Source: Botryllus schlosseri
Lineage: Eukaryota
Assembly (NCBI GenBank): GCA_051294905.1
Contig: CM119372.1
Location: 8,062,001 to 8,122,000 of the forward strand
DNA: 60,000 nt
Direction of reading: 5' to 3'
Each line of letters starts with the position of its first letter. Position 1 is the first letter of the stretch. A model generated the notes under the pieces. That model searched no databases and was not told where the DNA came from. It worked only from the letters and a program-made list of their open reading frames with translations. Of the stretch, positions 37,834 through 51,992 are shown in pieces. The translations under genes and the position numbers were made by a program.

Positions 37834-40800
37834 TCATCGCTCGATCTTCCTGATTACCGGCTGCTGCAGCATGAGCATGGAGCCGGCCGACACGATCGGC
37901 AGGTTGTTGTTGCGGTGAAACGAGATGAGATGGCACACGCTGTCAAACTGACGGTCCTTGGTGCGCACCTGAGGAATTTGCGTTGATCAGCAGCGGCGAT
38001 GTACGGAACGAAGATATTAACAATTGAATAAGGGAATTTTTAGATGCACCATTTGTATTTACTGCCACATAAATAATACCGCAACAATGGACGCTGGGCC
38101 TTGCAGCTTCATTTAACACTTGAACAGCTTCTTGGAGGTACAGAACTTCAATATACAATTGAATAGTATATTCATATTGAAATGAACCCCAATTTTTTCG
38201 GCTGACACTCGTCAGGGGTAATTGTCAGCAACTAGTAGAGAATAGGAAAGAACATTGCATATCAACCACCGTATCACAAAATATGACGTCACCAGCATGA
38301 AAGAGAGAGCGTTTAATGTGCTATTTTTAGGTGGTACACGAACTCCTTTTGTTGACATAGTTTGGGTTTGTGTGTTTTGATAAAAGTCGACTTTTATCAA
38401 AATTTTTTAATAGCAGAGGTGGTCGATAACAAATCGCTTCTACTTTTCGAAAGTGCTCGAGTAGGTTCTGCTGACTTGGACTACTTTCCCAAATCGTTAC
38501 AGACCACTTCTTCTACCACTTGCGGGCCATTACAAAATTATTAAATTTCAAACAGGACGTGCTGTCGAACGGCCGATAAGAAAAGCTCATACTGTGATCA
38601 AATTAAAATTTCCGACTCACCACGCCGTACGGGTCCACCAGCAGCAGATGCTTCCGCAAGCCGTCGTGCAGGCCGCTCAGCACAAACTGACCGGGCGTGG
38701 TGCTGGATTCGCGGACCAAGAAATCCCCGTCGTCGCGCAAGTAACTTTCCGCGTCCTGCCGGCTGACTTTACCGTGAAACCACGGCTCGTGCTGCAGTGA
38801 CCCGACAGCGGATGACTTCTCCATCATCAAGGTTTTCTCAAAGGGCTCTGAAAACGGGCGTGAGTCGTTATTCGGGCTGGACAGTGGACATGACAATTCG
38901 AGGACTGGCATCAGAATCAAGTACGAATTGTTATGATTGAAGTCGAGCAGTAAGAGGTGATTTTTCAAGTACTAAAATGGTATGACGTACAGGGTTAAGG
39001 GTAGCCATACCAGTCTTGTTGTCGACTTGTGTCCTTATTTCCGGCACCGAGTCCCTGATTAGGACTGGACGAAAGTGTGTTTTTCAAGTATTTACCAAAA
39101 AGGCAGTGAACGGATGATAGTAGCACTGGGCGATGATGTTAACCCACAAATTTCGTGGACATACTACTTTGACGACCCTTACTTTTTGATTCAAATCGTC
39201 GCGACCCCGGTCATATTATTATCAATGATAATAATCAATAATCATAGTTTCATTTCGGGATACAACTAATGCCATAGACATGCCAAAACAAGTTGAAGTA
39301 GGAGTAAGTAGGTAAGATCGGAAAAGTGCTCAAGAGAGTAGTCGGAGCTTTGAGCATGTAGATTGGGACAAAAGACCTAGTTTATCGCCGGTGGCAACCA
39401 TCAACATGAACACTGCAGAGGAAAATTTGTGAAAAATGCTACGCTCTTTTACCGATAATGTGGGTCTATATTGTCCGTATCCAAGGGCTCATGATTTAGC
39501 GTACCAAACACAGGAACACTTGCTTACTCATGTCAAAAGCATCAACGGAGGAATTGCTTCCATGCCGCGGCGCGTTATCATCAGACGCAAGGCCGATTGC
39601 AGCTGCAATGGCGAGTGCGCCGCCACCACCACCAGCTGAAACAAACAGCACCAAGTTCGATCAATCACATAATGTGGGATAACATATCAGGTTCAGAACT
39701 TACGCTTTTGAGGAGAGATGGGTTGTGCGTTTACGTCGGCCAGAACATTGCTGTGACTCGTTCGCTGGACCGGTCCAGAAGATCCAACGGGTGGAAAGTG
39801 GGAGGCCTTGTGCTGAGATATAAAAAATTTTGAATCACAGACGTGAAACAAACACTACACCTAGGCTTACGTCGATTGGGTTAGCAGCGGGTGCTTCGCC
39901 TTGATGTATGACGCTTGTGTTGATGTAGTTGTGGTCGTCGAAACTTCTTTGCTTCGATTGACGGTTGATGTACGACGACGGAATTTCGCCGGACCCAGCA
40001 GAGTTTGGTAGCTAATAGAACGATTTCCAACATTACTTTATACCGTACTAATATCATATGATAAAATAATTCTACTTTCAGCTGTCTCAAAATCATAGGT
40101 CGTTAATGCAGTGATCGTTGTATTCAAATAGAAGTAGTCAAGTCATCTCGTAAATTTCTACTCAAGTAGACTCTCATTTCAAGTAGGCCCAGTACTCATT
40201 TCAACAAATATTCAATCATAAATCGACATAGATGGTGATAGTCAGCATTGGTACTGAAGTAGCAGTAGAAGTAACATAAACACAGGAGTGCGTAGTGCAA
40301 CTAGGCAAAACCTACTTGAGCAGTCCTACTCTGAAAAGTACTTTGTAACTGACCGACTCTGCTCATGATAGCTTAAACCGTAGTATTTATTGTTAGAACC
40401 AACCATAAGACATAGTACAAATATCTTGTGATCAGTACACCAACATTTCTAATGTAAAATTGGCATCAAAACCAGGTAGAGTTCTAGACCATCCATATCC
40501 CCGAAATATATTTGCCAACAGACTAAAAATGCCTATATTAAAAACACATCAGTCATACGTGAGCAATAGGTGAGCAATTTGTAAATCACACGAATCTCCT
40601 TCAGATTAGGATGTACACAGTGTATTAAACCTACAATCACGTCAATAGTTCAAAGCTGAGTAAAACGCAACTAGTTTTATGAAACAAACCAAAACCCTAC
40701 ACCACGTTGCATCAATATTGTGATTGTCAATAATTGTGATGACTCTAGTGTCTTGTAGGCAAGGAGCATACAATTCAGCACCATTTCTTTTGGCAAAGAC

Positions 40801-43800
40801 CAAAATCCGGTGATGTAAGATGCCAACTATATGACCGCCAACAGCTTACGTGAAGCATACCGAATTCAGGATTGTATAAGTACATTAATTTTCCATCGTT
40901 TAGACATAACACAGTTTTAACTATTTCCTGTAACACTTGGCGCTTAAAATGAAACCACTAGTAGCAGCCAAATACTGATCGATTCCAACCTCTAAGTGAA
41001 ATTTCATTTCAACCAGCATTAAAGATCACTTTACTGCATTTATTAGGCCTAGTTATATCGTGTTCCTAGGAAAACAATGCCACCATCTTTAAAGCACTAG
41101 GATTGACGCATGTAACTACAATCCAAGCCTATCCATTTTCTTACATCTACTTTCACAGTTCAATTACTTGCATTTGTAGAACTCTTTTATTTTCATGGTT
41201 GGAGCACCGACAAAAGCATCGTAAATATAGGGTTACTGCAAAGGTCACTAGCAAAAATTCCAATCGTGCCATTAGTACTGGTAATAACATCGAATACAGG
41301 AGAAAACCTTCCGCCTGGTGCTTTGTTCTGTCCGCTGTCGTGAATTTTAATTTTGCAACCATTTCGTACACTATCAACTATTTGGTATTTGAGCATGGTT
41401 ATCAAAAGTATTACAGCGATAACTACGCAGGCTTCAGTATAAAAAAGTATAAAATTGGTGCCAAATTTCATGTGGCCTACAATATTATCCATCTGTTATT
41501 AAAAAGACATTAATCATAAAGAATTGTGATTTACAAATGTATATAGTCACTTGTTTCAGTTGAGAGAAAACCATCAAATATTATATTACACTACACGCCC
41601 TCGATGAGCATAAACTAAAGGATATCGATTACATATATAAAAAAATATAGTAGCCAAGAAATTGTGTACGGGACAAGTGAATAATTGAATGTGCACACTT
41701 GCACATGCACACCTACGAAAGCGTATCCAAAACTCAACAAACCTGATGAGCGTGGTTGTGTGGAGTGGTCGGTGATACTATCCGTTTATCTGTCATCCCT
41801 CCTTCTGGCGGTAGCTTTCCGGGAATTTCATTATAATACTCCGGCTCATCGTCACCCCACCTATAAACCATCCAATTATTACGAAAAAGATAGATGCCGG
41901 CTAGTACCAAGCCACAATGGTGTGCACTGTGCACACAGCCACTAACGGGCCTCTTCACTATAGATCTGCTGGAATTCGCGGCAATTCAGTCGGTTAGCGT
42001 TCCCTCCCGAATCAGTTGGTTAAGATGAGCAGTTAAGGAGAATGTGACATTCAACACGCGGCTAACTTCTTTCCGTCCGTAATAAGGCATTCATTATGTC
42101 TTGAAGTGTATGCAAAGTGTTGACTGCTGGGAAAACTATCGCGTTGGCACGCAAGCAATGCAATCAACATGATGATCCCACACGTGGAAATATATACCTA
42201 CCGAATGCGTTCATCGATAAGGAAAGTTTAGTTTTGACGCTCGCAACAGAGTATGTGCATTGTCTATGCGCCAACCGGAAGGTCGGTTTAAAATAGAAGA
42301 TTTGAGAGTTCACAGAACCTATGCACCATGACATGGACATTTGACACCCTTGGCTTAAGCTTGTTCAAGTCTACCAATATATAACAATCGACATGTCCGA
42401 AAACAGACTACAGAAACTATTCTGTACTTTCCTTCAGCCACTTACAATGTCGTATCTATTAAACCTGTTGAAGCAATGTCCGTTTCGCAAATCATTTCAA
42501 GTCAATATCAATGAAAAGCGATATATTATTCCTTAACCTTCCAATATAGCACAATTAGGCTACTATGCAGAATACAGAAGACCTATCACACTATGCAGTG
42601 AAGGTATCCAAAACAAGTAACAAGATTATCATCCAAAAATATTTCCTGGAATTTATGCAGAGGTCTATTCGTTAATAAATGAAATCAGTCTGCTTCATTG
42701 CATAAACAGCATGTCAATCCCACACATAGAAGTTTTACATCCAAACAATGCACATGCCCACGTCGTTGGCAGTGTGTCAATAGTTAGTTTGGATTTAATG
42801 TAGATAAGAACCAAATTTTGTTCACTATCCGTCAAACAATTTTAAAACTGAACACGATTACTCACCTAGATTTTCCATCATGAAATAGGGGCTCTGTTCG
42901 GTCTGGTGGCGTAACTGCTTTCGGGGGATTCTTGAGGTACTCCTTGAAACGCAGTTCAAAGGCTTGTCCGATGGTGTTAATTACATCTTGCGCTAAGCCT
43001 TCACTGCATTCCAATACATGACACGCTGTAATATAGTCAGAAGAAATGAATATCGCAACAGCCTTATAGCCAGGGTTGCCATAGGCATGGACCCAAAAAT
43101 AAGGACGGTCGAAAAATTAGATCAACATGAAAAAGCGTTTGTGTACATACTTTGTATTTATACGAGCCGTGGCATATCACATTTCATACTTTTCACCAGA
43201 AACAATCTGCTCGAGCAGCTCCTTGATTTTAGAAAGTGCTTCATGGCTATCATGACAGCTCAGGTCTAAGTTGTTTACCTTTACTCAGGGCCGAAACAGC
43301 ACTTCGTCAGCCCCCCCCAAAAAAAAACCGTTGGTCTTGCCCCCCTCGGGTGATGAACCAAACTTCTCCACCTCGTTAGAGGCGTCAACCAAGAGGGAAA
43401 AGGCCGTACACCAAGTTCAGACAAAATCATTTTTGAGCGTATGGAGCAAAAACTCCAGTAACAATGCTTGTAGTCTTGGTCCTGACCCAAGAAAACTTAT
43501 TTGCAATGCTGAATGCAGATATTGCTATGTTCGAAACACTCGCCCTTCAAGCTTCGTTCATTTAAACTAATCAGATTTAGCCTTATTTATAGCTAAAACT
43601 ATATTCGCAAGTGCAATATAATTTAGAAAAAATTATCAATGATTTATAGCTTTTTACTACTTTAAAACAAATGTTTCGATTGCACTGCGCCTTCACAACG
43701 CTATAAATGCTGCCTTCCCCACAGCTTGAGCTTATTCTACTGTAGACGAAACAGCAGGAACCTGGTACTTCTGTTTACTGCGAAAATTAGGTCGGCTGCG

Positions 43801-46800
43801 GTAGCTTGGTACAGACGAAACTGCTATACCACCACTCACTGCCTTAGCTATCTCACCACTTAGAAGTCAAATCTTGTGGTGTGTACGTCACGAGAGTTCC
43901 TTATATTTATGATGTCATAAAATCTCGACGAAAAAAACATAATTTTAGAATATTATGCAACACAGATACCAGAAGAAAATGATCGAAGTTCTGTAGCGGT
44001 TGAAAATAAGACAAAATAAGGACGCAAGTCGAAAATAAGGACATTTCTTAGAAATAAGGACAGTTGAGTTTTCTAAGACGTGGCCCTTCAAAATAAGGAC
44101 AAATCTTAGAAATAAGGACGGTATGGCAACCCTGCTTATAGCTGCTACTCAAACGGCTGCAACAATAATTCCACATTTCATAGTGTCCATGAATTGATAG
44201 GACTCGTTACCTCGATTGTTAATGGGGTCTTTGGCAACATATGCTACATAATCCATCGTATCAGGATCACCGCCGGACGCAAAAGAAATTGACTGCATTT
44301 GATGATTTGCGATGAACTGAAAAGTAACCAACAAAGTCATAAATGATAATTACAAGCGTATAGATCGCAGAAAATTGATATTTAAGAATCATGTTAAGGG
44401 TTACAATTGGGTCAGTACATTTCAGGTGCTCCATGCCAAATTCCCACCTTCTTGAAACGTCATGAAAATTGGCATGCTTACAGAGCTTTGTTTTCTGATT
44501 TCAGAAATCCAAATTTCATCAAAAAAGGTCGACTAGAACCGAAGGTATGACTGTCCAAAAATTGCCATTTTTGTGATCGCTCAAGCGGAAAAAATGGCAG
44601 AAATATATACATGTAACTTAAATTTGCCATAATTCGATCAAATTAAGGCTGTTGAGGGCAAAACTTTCACACTTGGTCATTTACAGCACACTTAATGCAT
44701 TTTCACTGTCTTTGACACCTGCGGCTGCCTAGTTTGACCTTTGAACCCATGCTTTTATTTATAACTTTTGAAGGCACTCATGCATGACATCAGTTTTAAT
44801 TGTAGATATCTCATGGCTAACAGGTGGTATCATCAAGTGTAAGATATAATTGGAAAGCTCTTGGAAAGCACTTTCAAAATCAACAATAATATTAGTGGAT
44901 ATTTCATCTTCAAATTTAAAATTTTTTTTTGTAGACAAGTGTTGAAAAAATATTAAATTTCGAAATATCGAATATCCAGTAATTTTATTGTTGAATTTGA
45001 TAGTCCTTGTCAAGAGCTTTCCAATAACACCTTACACTTGATGACACCACCTCTTAGTCAAAATATATTTGCAATTAAAAATGACCTCACGCGTGAGCGA
45101 TTTTTGAAGACATGAACAGAATCATGGGGTTGAAGGTCAGACTATGCAACCCCAGGTGTCGAAGAAGGGGACAAAGTATCAAGTAGGATGTAAATGAACA
45201 AGTGTGAAAGTGTCACCCTCAACGACCCTAATTTGACCAAAATATAGCAAATTTAAATTGCATGTGTAAATTTCTGACGTTTTTTCCGTTTGAGCGAGCA
45301 CAAAAACAGCAATTTTTGAACGTCCACATCTTCGGCTGTACTTGACCGATTTTTATAAAATTTGTTTTTCTGGTATCAGAAAGAAAAGTTTTCCAGGCTT
45401 ACCAGTTTTCATAAAAATCTGAGATTGTGGGTGCACATTTGAATTTTTTCTGGAGCACCTGACATGATCTTACCCAATTGTTAGTCAGACTAAGGTAAAA
45501 TATCAGTTTCTTAGCCTAAACATATATTTGTAACATAACATCTATAACGTTCTTGTAATTAGGTGGTATTTTGACAAATTGAAAGTAATAACTTTGTATT
45601 CCATATATTAACCCACCGATCGAAACATTGTCACCGTAACCAGTACACATCTCACATCATTACAAGAGTCATGAACGATTCAAGTAATTTCGGGGAATCG
45701 ACTGTGTGCAGTGTGCACAGACGTCGCACAATGGAACAGTGAATCACTTCCGTTGATTTTCAGGAATGGGAAAATGGCAATGCATATTGGGATTTAAATT
45801 CAGCGTAGCACAGCCTAAATGTCGATAGCTGAGAATGCGGATTGAGGTGACTTGTATTATTGCATACCTAAAAGAGAATGGTAGGCCTATATACTGTCCA
45901 TATCCACAGAATTGCACCAACACTTTGTCAAAGCTTAGTCCATTGCCTAGTAACCACCATCAAAATTGACAATAGGCCTGGACTACACAGATGTAACTCA
46001 CAAATCTTGTTGCAAAATAATTAACTATGTGTACTGGCTCTTGCATTGTCAACCACATAACTTCTTGGGGTTAGGACATTAAAGGTATGTTGCACAGTTA
46101 ACAAAAAAATGCTGCACTCTGTTGCCCTGTAACTATATGTTGCTACTGCAACAACTGCATCACATGATTAAAATATAGTAGCCTCTTTACCAGAAAATGC
46201 CTACATTTGAAATATGTTATTATTATATTCAAATGGACAGTATTCTAGAAGTAGGCGGACCAGTAGAGAACTATTAATCATTGGAAATAGGTTTAATAGG
46301 TCATTCAATAGGTTACATTCATTCATTATTATCAGTAATAGCGTTAGCTATTGGAAATCAGCTAATGACGACAAAATTATCACTGATAACACAGACTGCA
46401 CCAGGTCGTCCAGAGAGAGAGAGAGATATGGTATTCTTTTTCGCCTGCACCATCGAGATGCTTTGACGACGGAGTTGCGATACGGCCCCATGAGGTCATC
46501 TAGTCTGCGCCCCCGTTTTTTTCTCCTCCATGCTATCCGTGATTGCTGAGCGCCTAGCAGGATAGCTGCGGATACCAATTTTCGAGTCTTTGGTATGACC
46601 CGGCTGGGGATCAAACCCACGACCTACCGCTCGCATAACCATTATTAACCTACGCATAACCATTACACTATCTCGCTCGCAAGACACACCAGCATTAGAA
46701 CAAACTGGAAACATGCCTGCCTACTATGTAGATTCCAATGTGGATTCTATGAGCAAACCAATTTTGGGTCTTTGGAACCATGGAGGCGAAATAATTCATT

Positions 46801-48283
46801 GGCCAAATGCATTTACAAACTCACACACTGTCAGGCTTCCAACACTGTCAATTAAACATATTGATTAATGATTACACTGCACTGACATACATATTCTAGC
46901 ATGATTAACTTCCTAAACAATCATATAGATTACATTAATGGATTTTCGGAGTACTGACATATGTTAGACCCATTTCCGCCACATAATAATCGGTGATGTT
47001 TTATATTTTGTTAAGTAGAAAGTAGTGTCTCGATAGATTTACAAATTTGTGAGGAAAATTGTCCAAACAATTGCGCTGAACTACTTCTTTGAACTATAAA
47101 CTCGCTTTGTACTGCATTGTTTTGGTCTGTTTCTACCATGCATTTTCATGTTAGGCCAAAGTAAGTGCTACCTTCTATGATTCAACAATTCCACATTCCG
47201 GCGGCAGGTGACTTGATCATCAATCCTTTCGCTACAGCCTGGTTCTGCATTAGTATAGACTTTTCTTTTTTTTGTAATCTCAATCTTTCTCTCCACCATT
47301 ATAATTCGTTTTCGCATGCCTTGAAAAATACTACTTCTACTTGTAAAGGAGTAGTAATTTACAGAATAATTCTATCTTTCCTTCAGTAGCCAATCATCAA
47401 TGAATACTTTGTTCATGATTCATACAGCCTACATTCTTGAAAAACTATATCAATATAATTACCTGTCCTGTGTCAGTGACGACAAGGGTCAAGCTTGCAG
47501 TTGATATGGTCAGATTAATCAAAGATAGAGAAAATTGGAGGTTAGGTCTTTCGCCAAGGATCTTTGCCACTTCTTTTGGGGTCTTCTTTCGACTAGATCC
47601 GATTTGATGTGATCTGCCTGTCGCCGTTAGTATTCTCCATATCGCCTCCCTGAAAATGTCATTATCATCATACTCTGTTCATGTTGAGCAAATAAAGTTA
47701 CATACTTGGTCGCTTGTGTTCTCATTTCAAATTGAAGTGTTCTCATACTCTGCTTCACTTCGATGCATCCCAGATACTATGAGATTGGAATATATTAGAA
47801 AGGTAGTAACAAAGGTCTCTTATGGTCGTAAATCATAACCAATGTGTAATTGGACTCTATTATATTGCAGTACAGTACATTGATACCGTTTCCATACATT
47901 AGAGAGCATGAAAAAGTTATCATTGATAATACAGTTGTCTAAGATCTGGCTGCTGAGTTGTTTTGAAGCATTATATTCATCACACATTTCTGTACTGGGC
48001 GTGATAGCCAAATTGGGAAATTCATCAATCGGAATCACTTCCAGCTGCAATCATTTCCTAATTTCTACACTCGTGTCTAATCAGGTTTCGCCTATAGATG
48101 TGTAACAAAGTGACAGTAATATATACTTAAACTTACTCTGACTGAGTATACAACCCCAGGGCCCATTACAGATGTATCAGGATGGAGCCACCCACGAGTT
48201 GGCTTGTTGACAAAGCTCCCTGATTTCCTCCATTCGTTCGCCTGATCGCCTTCAATCACTTTCTTGTGTTTCATACGATTCAT
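37834..48283 (-). CDS. SHC1: SHC-transforming adaptor protein (PTB-CH1-SH2), about 502 aa
   Basis: 11 exons (minus): 48283-48137, 47776-47706, 47649-47463, 44316-44211, 43025-42866, 41860-41743, 40011-39871, 39812-39704, 39635-39528, 38847-38621, 37968-37834; all GT-AG and in frame. PTB motifs [28 protein letters not shown] and [10 protein letters not shown]; Grb2-type sites YYNE and [18 protein letters not shown]2 [24 protein letters not shown]. Confidence 0.93.
43071..44134. mobile_element. hAT non-autonomous element with AATAAGGAC subterminal repeats (SHC intron)
   Basis: TIR CAGGGTTGCCATA/TATGGCAACCCTG; exact TSD CTTATAGC (43063-43070 and 44135-44142). Confidence 0.9.
44423..45461. mobile_element. 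Palindromic (foldback) MITE with arms of about 500 bp (SHC intron)
   Basis: Termini CAGGTGCTCCA/TGGAGCACCTG; the arms are imperfect reverse complements over nearly the full length, centred near 44930. TSD and superfamily not determined. Confidence 0.8.
46412..46678 (-). mobile_element. tRNA-derived SINE, probably MetaSINE-type, with (CT)n tail
   Basis: Minus strand: A-box-like GATAGTGTAATGG, B-box-like GGTTTGATCCC, then GGTCATACCAAAGACT..AATTGGTA..GCTAGGCGCTCAGCA (resembles the Meta domain as I recall it), tail (TC)n. Confidence 0.6.
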
Positions 48284-48497
48284 TACTTCTATTCACAACA
48301 AAGTGCTGAACAACAAGAAGTACGAACAAGAACCCGAGACGCTAACCCTGCCACCTTTCCGAGAACTGGAGATGTGGTGGTTGTGGTTAAAAAACGTAGG
48401 TCTTTTTTATTGACTTCACAAATAAAGAATATCCGCAAGAGGGCACTATGGGAATCTTACGACGGATTAAAGTTCTTTGCACTGCACAAGTGCACAG

Positions 48498-51400
48498 TAG
48501 GGATGGTGTGAGCCTCTGAAAGGTTCAGGTTCGTGTGAACGCGAACCTTTTTGAAAGGTTCTGTGTGAACACGAACGTGAACCTCATGACGTCACGTGAC
48601 GTCATATTGCTAATTCGAACCCTATCCTTCGATGAAATGATAGCCTATATTAATATGCACGACACCTAGTGACGACTCGCGCAACATAACGTCACAATGC
48701 TGAAGTATATATTGACGTTTTAAACGTCGCCAAATATATCAACTGGGGCAATCAAATGATATAATAATCCCATAAAATCAATATCTTCCGCCTTTGCCAA
48801 CAATTTCGACGTGGACTTACCAGGGAATATAAGGAAAGGAAAGTGTATTTTTGTCTTTGATGTTTTTGCAGCATATACACCGAATCATGATATACATACA
48901 CTATAGAGACTGTAAGATGGAGCGACGACTCATTGTTCTAAGTTTAGATCCGTCACGCTTGACTTTGCGTAGTGAAATTCCGTTCGCGAAAGTCCGATTG
49001 TCCTATTTTACATGTAAAAGAATAGGCGATTTCGGAAATGCATGGATGAATTTGAGTGCCGAAAAAGGGTGGAAATATTCTGGCTAGACGTTTCAAACTT
49101 TGCATGTTACGAGGAAGCATCAATATGTTCTCACTAAAAAAATTTCACAACTGTCCTCCACCCAGAACACGTTTAAAATCAATTTCCCGCAATGCCTTAT
49201 TCAGCGATAAGTTCTCCGCGGCCGAATCCCGTAAACTCGTAGACAATGCTATGATTGATAAGGCTTTATGCGGTAATAATTAAGTGGCCGTTGAAAGCCG
49301 CTGACGCCGATACAAAACTGCCCAAACTATTTTCTGTGCATAAGCAACCGATGAAAAAAACGAATAGCCTACACGGAAAGCGGATAAAAAGAGCGCCGAA
49401 AAGATTATCAATACATCCAAAAGATCAATATCGTACACTGTTTTATCGGGCATTAGGCCTATGTTACATTGGAAGACTGTACTTGTTCGTTTTGACATCT
49501 TCTTTTCTGTTCACTAGGCTACATCGCACTGTCTTATATCCCGTTATACATTTCGCGTCTTTAGCAGTTAAAAATAATAGAACCGCCACGGCAATTATGG
49601 TCAGCAACTGCGCTATCCCTGGATGTACCTATGTGAACAATCCGCGTAGTGACCAATCTTGTAAGAGGTCCTTATTCACGGTACGAAGACCAGAGCTGTT
49701 AAGGAATGAAGCGGCCCAGATCACTCAGATCACTCACTCAGATCAAGAAACCAATGCACCAAACGATTCCAATTGATATATTTATTCATATAGAAAGAAA
49801 GGAAGATACCTTTCCCAAGAAAAGAGTTGCCAGAGACAGTGAGGCACAAAAATATTCCAGATTTGGTACAATCAGCTTCTAATTTGAACAGCAAAATTTG
49901 GGGTATAGCAGGCCTGATGGTTTGATATCACAGTAGATTCAACGGCTAGATATTGCTTCTTCATTTAAGGTAACTGGACATTCTATGAACTGAAAGGTAG
50001 ACTGCACATTGAGAAGCATGGTATGGAAGATGACACAGTGCCAATAATCAGGTTAAGTTAATGTTAATTTCATTACATTGATTGAATTGTCCCAACAGAC
50101 GTCACAACTTATTCCACTCCACTCATCCAATCCTTCAAAGCATTGGGAAATTTCCTCCTCGGTGATGGATTCCCAATCCTCCCACAATGATTCTTCGGCC
50201 ATGACTTTTACGAAAAAGTATCGGTTATAAAGGAATCAAAATTTCTGTGAAAGCATAATACTCAGAATTTTATTTCCGTTTTGCTGATTAAATAACAATT
50301 AGCCTACATGAAGATAGCTCGCTACTTATATAGTATCACAGCAATGTCCTCCAATAGTACTGTAAGTGACTTATATTTTCTGGTCGGCAAGTTAAAATAC
50401 ATACAGATTCTGCTGTATGACGCCTTCAAGAAGGACCATGATTTGGCATACCCACTTCGCCTGCAACGAAATGCCGTTTCATTTTCATCGCCTGCCCTTT
50501 TATTGTTATCTTCTATCATCATATAATACGCCACTATAATAGCTATTATATCATAAATCATCGCTGGTATTCACCGACCGTGCGCATTGCGCAGCGATAT
50601 ACCGGCATATTCATCGCATCGTACGGCAACAAACGCAAGACCGCCACGCAAGTATCCAAGATATTCACTAATCAGGCCAAACATATTAGGACGTCCAATT
50701 AGTCACAGAGTCCGTTATATGTATTCAACCTCCAATACTCCGACCCATTCCCATCGACAACTATGCATTAAACCAACAAAAACTCAACTTTCCACCCTCT
50801 GAATTCTATTTGGGATTAATAGTGGTACACGTAACAATGGGTAGCTCCCTACGCAAAGCGGAGCGTGACCAATCTAAAGGGAGTTGAAAATATTATTGCG
50901 CGCAGTGTAAATAGAGTAGATCAACTTATATAGATATTTCGGTATATCAATGCACTAACACCAGTATAATATAAAATATTTATAGTATTATGGGCAATAA
51001 TACCATAAATATCCATTTTTACAAGATAATTGCTGCAAAACCATGCAAACAAAATATGTTGCGGATGAATATTAATTAGGCATTTAAATCAGTCGTCACT
51101 CCATCCTACAGTCTCTATACATACACATGATGTGCATATGCCGCCGGCAAGGAAGATGCAGATATAGCCTTGTAGCAGTGTTGGGATGGCTCGAGTCATG
51201 ACTTGACTCAAATCAGACTCGAATCACCTTTTTCGTATGACAGACCGGAAAATGTATTCGGCATCCGAGTATTGCTACATTGATATTGATCATGGTGTGA
51301 ACCGGGTACATATGCTTGCTACTGATATTACCCCATTAACAAGATGTACAGCAGTAGCCAACACCTCAATTGCACCGATTTGGTTTTAATGATACAGTAA

Positions 51401-51875
51401 ACATGAAGTCAAGACTGACCCCGTGCGCCTGCTAGATTTTTTGCATCAGAAAACGATATCAATCTCATTGATTGGTCGAATAAGCATCATTCGCTGACTA
51501 CATAGCTTATTTCGCTCGTGATGTTTTGTGATTGCGGGTCAAGCTTGCAGCAGAGAGTCACTAAATATTTACAAACGGAAAGCTGGATCTTTCGAACAAA
51601 CTTTTGCAACAAAGCAAGTAAAACTTTTGAGATTGTCAAGGTGCATGCTCGTTTAGTGTTGATTGTTTTATGCTGCCAGCGCCATGCATGGAGTGGCCTG
51701 CAGTTGAAATGCAATAAATTTAAACCAACGATGCTATAATGAAGTGAAAATTGTTATATATGAAAAAGGTTCACAGTGCACAACCTACCAAGGTTCTGTT
51801 GTGAACGCGAACCTCTAAATTTCCGAGGTTCACACACAGAACGCGAACGTGAACCTCACGTTCACACCATCCCTA
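48498..51875. mobile_element. hAT element (3.4 kb including nested insertions) 215 bp upstream of the SHC ATG
   Basis: TIR TAGGGATGGTGTGA/TCACACCATCCCTA; exact TSD GTGCACAG (48490-48497 and 51876-51883); GTGAAC/GGTTC subterminal arrays. Confidence 0.9.
48902..51119 (+). mobile_element. Nested P-element/Galileo-like transposon remnant with truncated THAP-like N-terminus
   Basis: 29-bp TIR TATAGAGACTGTA(A/G)GATGGAG(C/T)GACGACT; 7-bp TSD CATACAC (48895-48901 and 51120-51126). ORF from 49597 reads MVSNCAIPGCTYVNN..RSLFTV (THAP-like start; the CxxH half is missing). Confidence 0.7.
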
Positions 51876-51992
51876 GTGCACAGTGCACACGGAGGTCTTC
51901 ATCTGTGGTCAACCTGGTCTTTATAGCGACGTATTTCTACTTTTTAGAGTACTCAGTGAGTTTTCTCTACGTCTGCTATAGAGCCTGATTTA

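Noticed and set aside
41153..41492. Possible additional SHC exon
   Set aside because: The flanking exons already join in phase 0, and there is no Shc-like motif or convincing donor.
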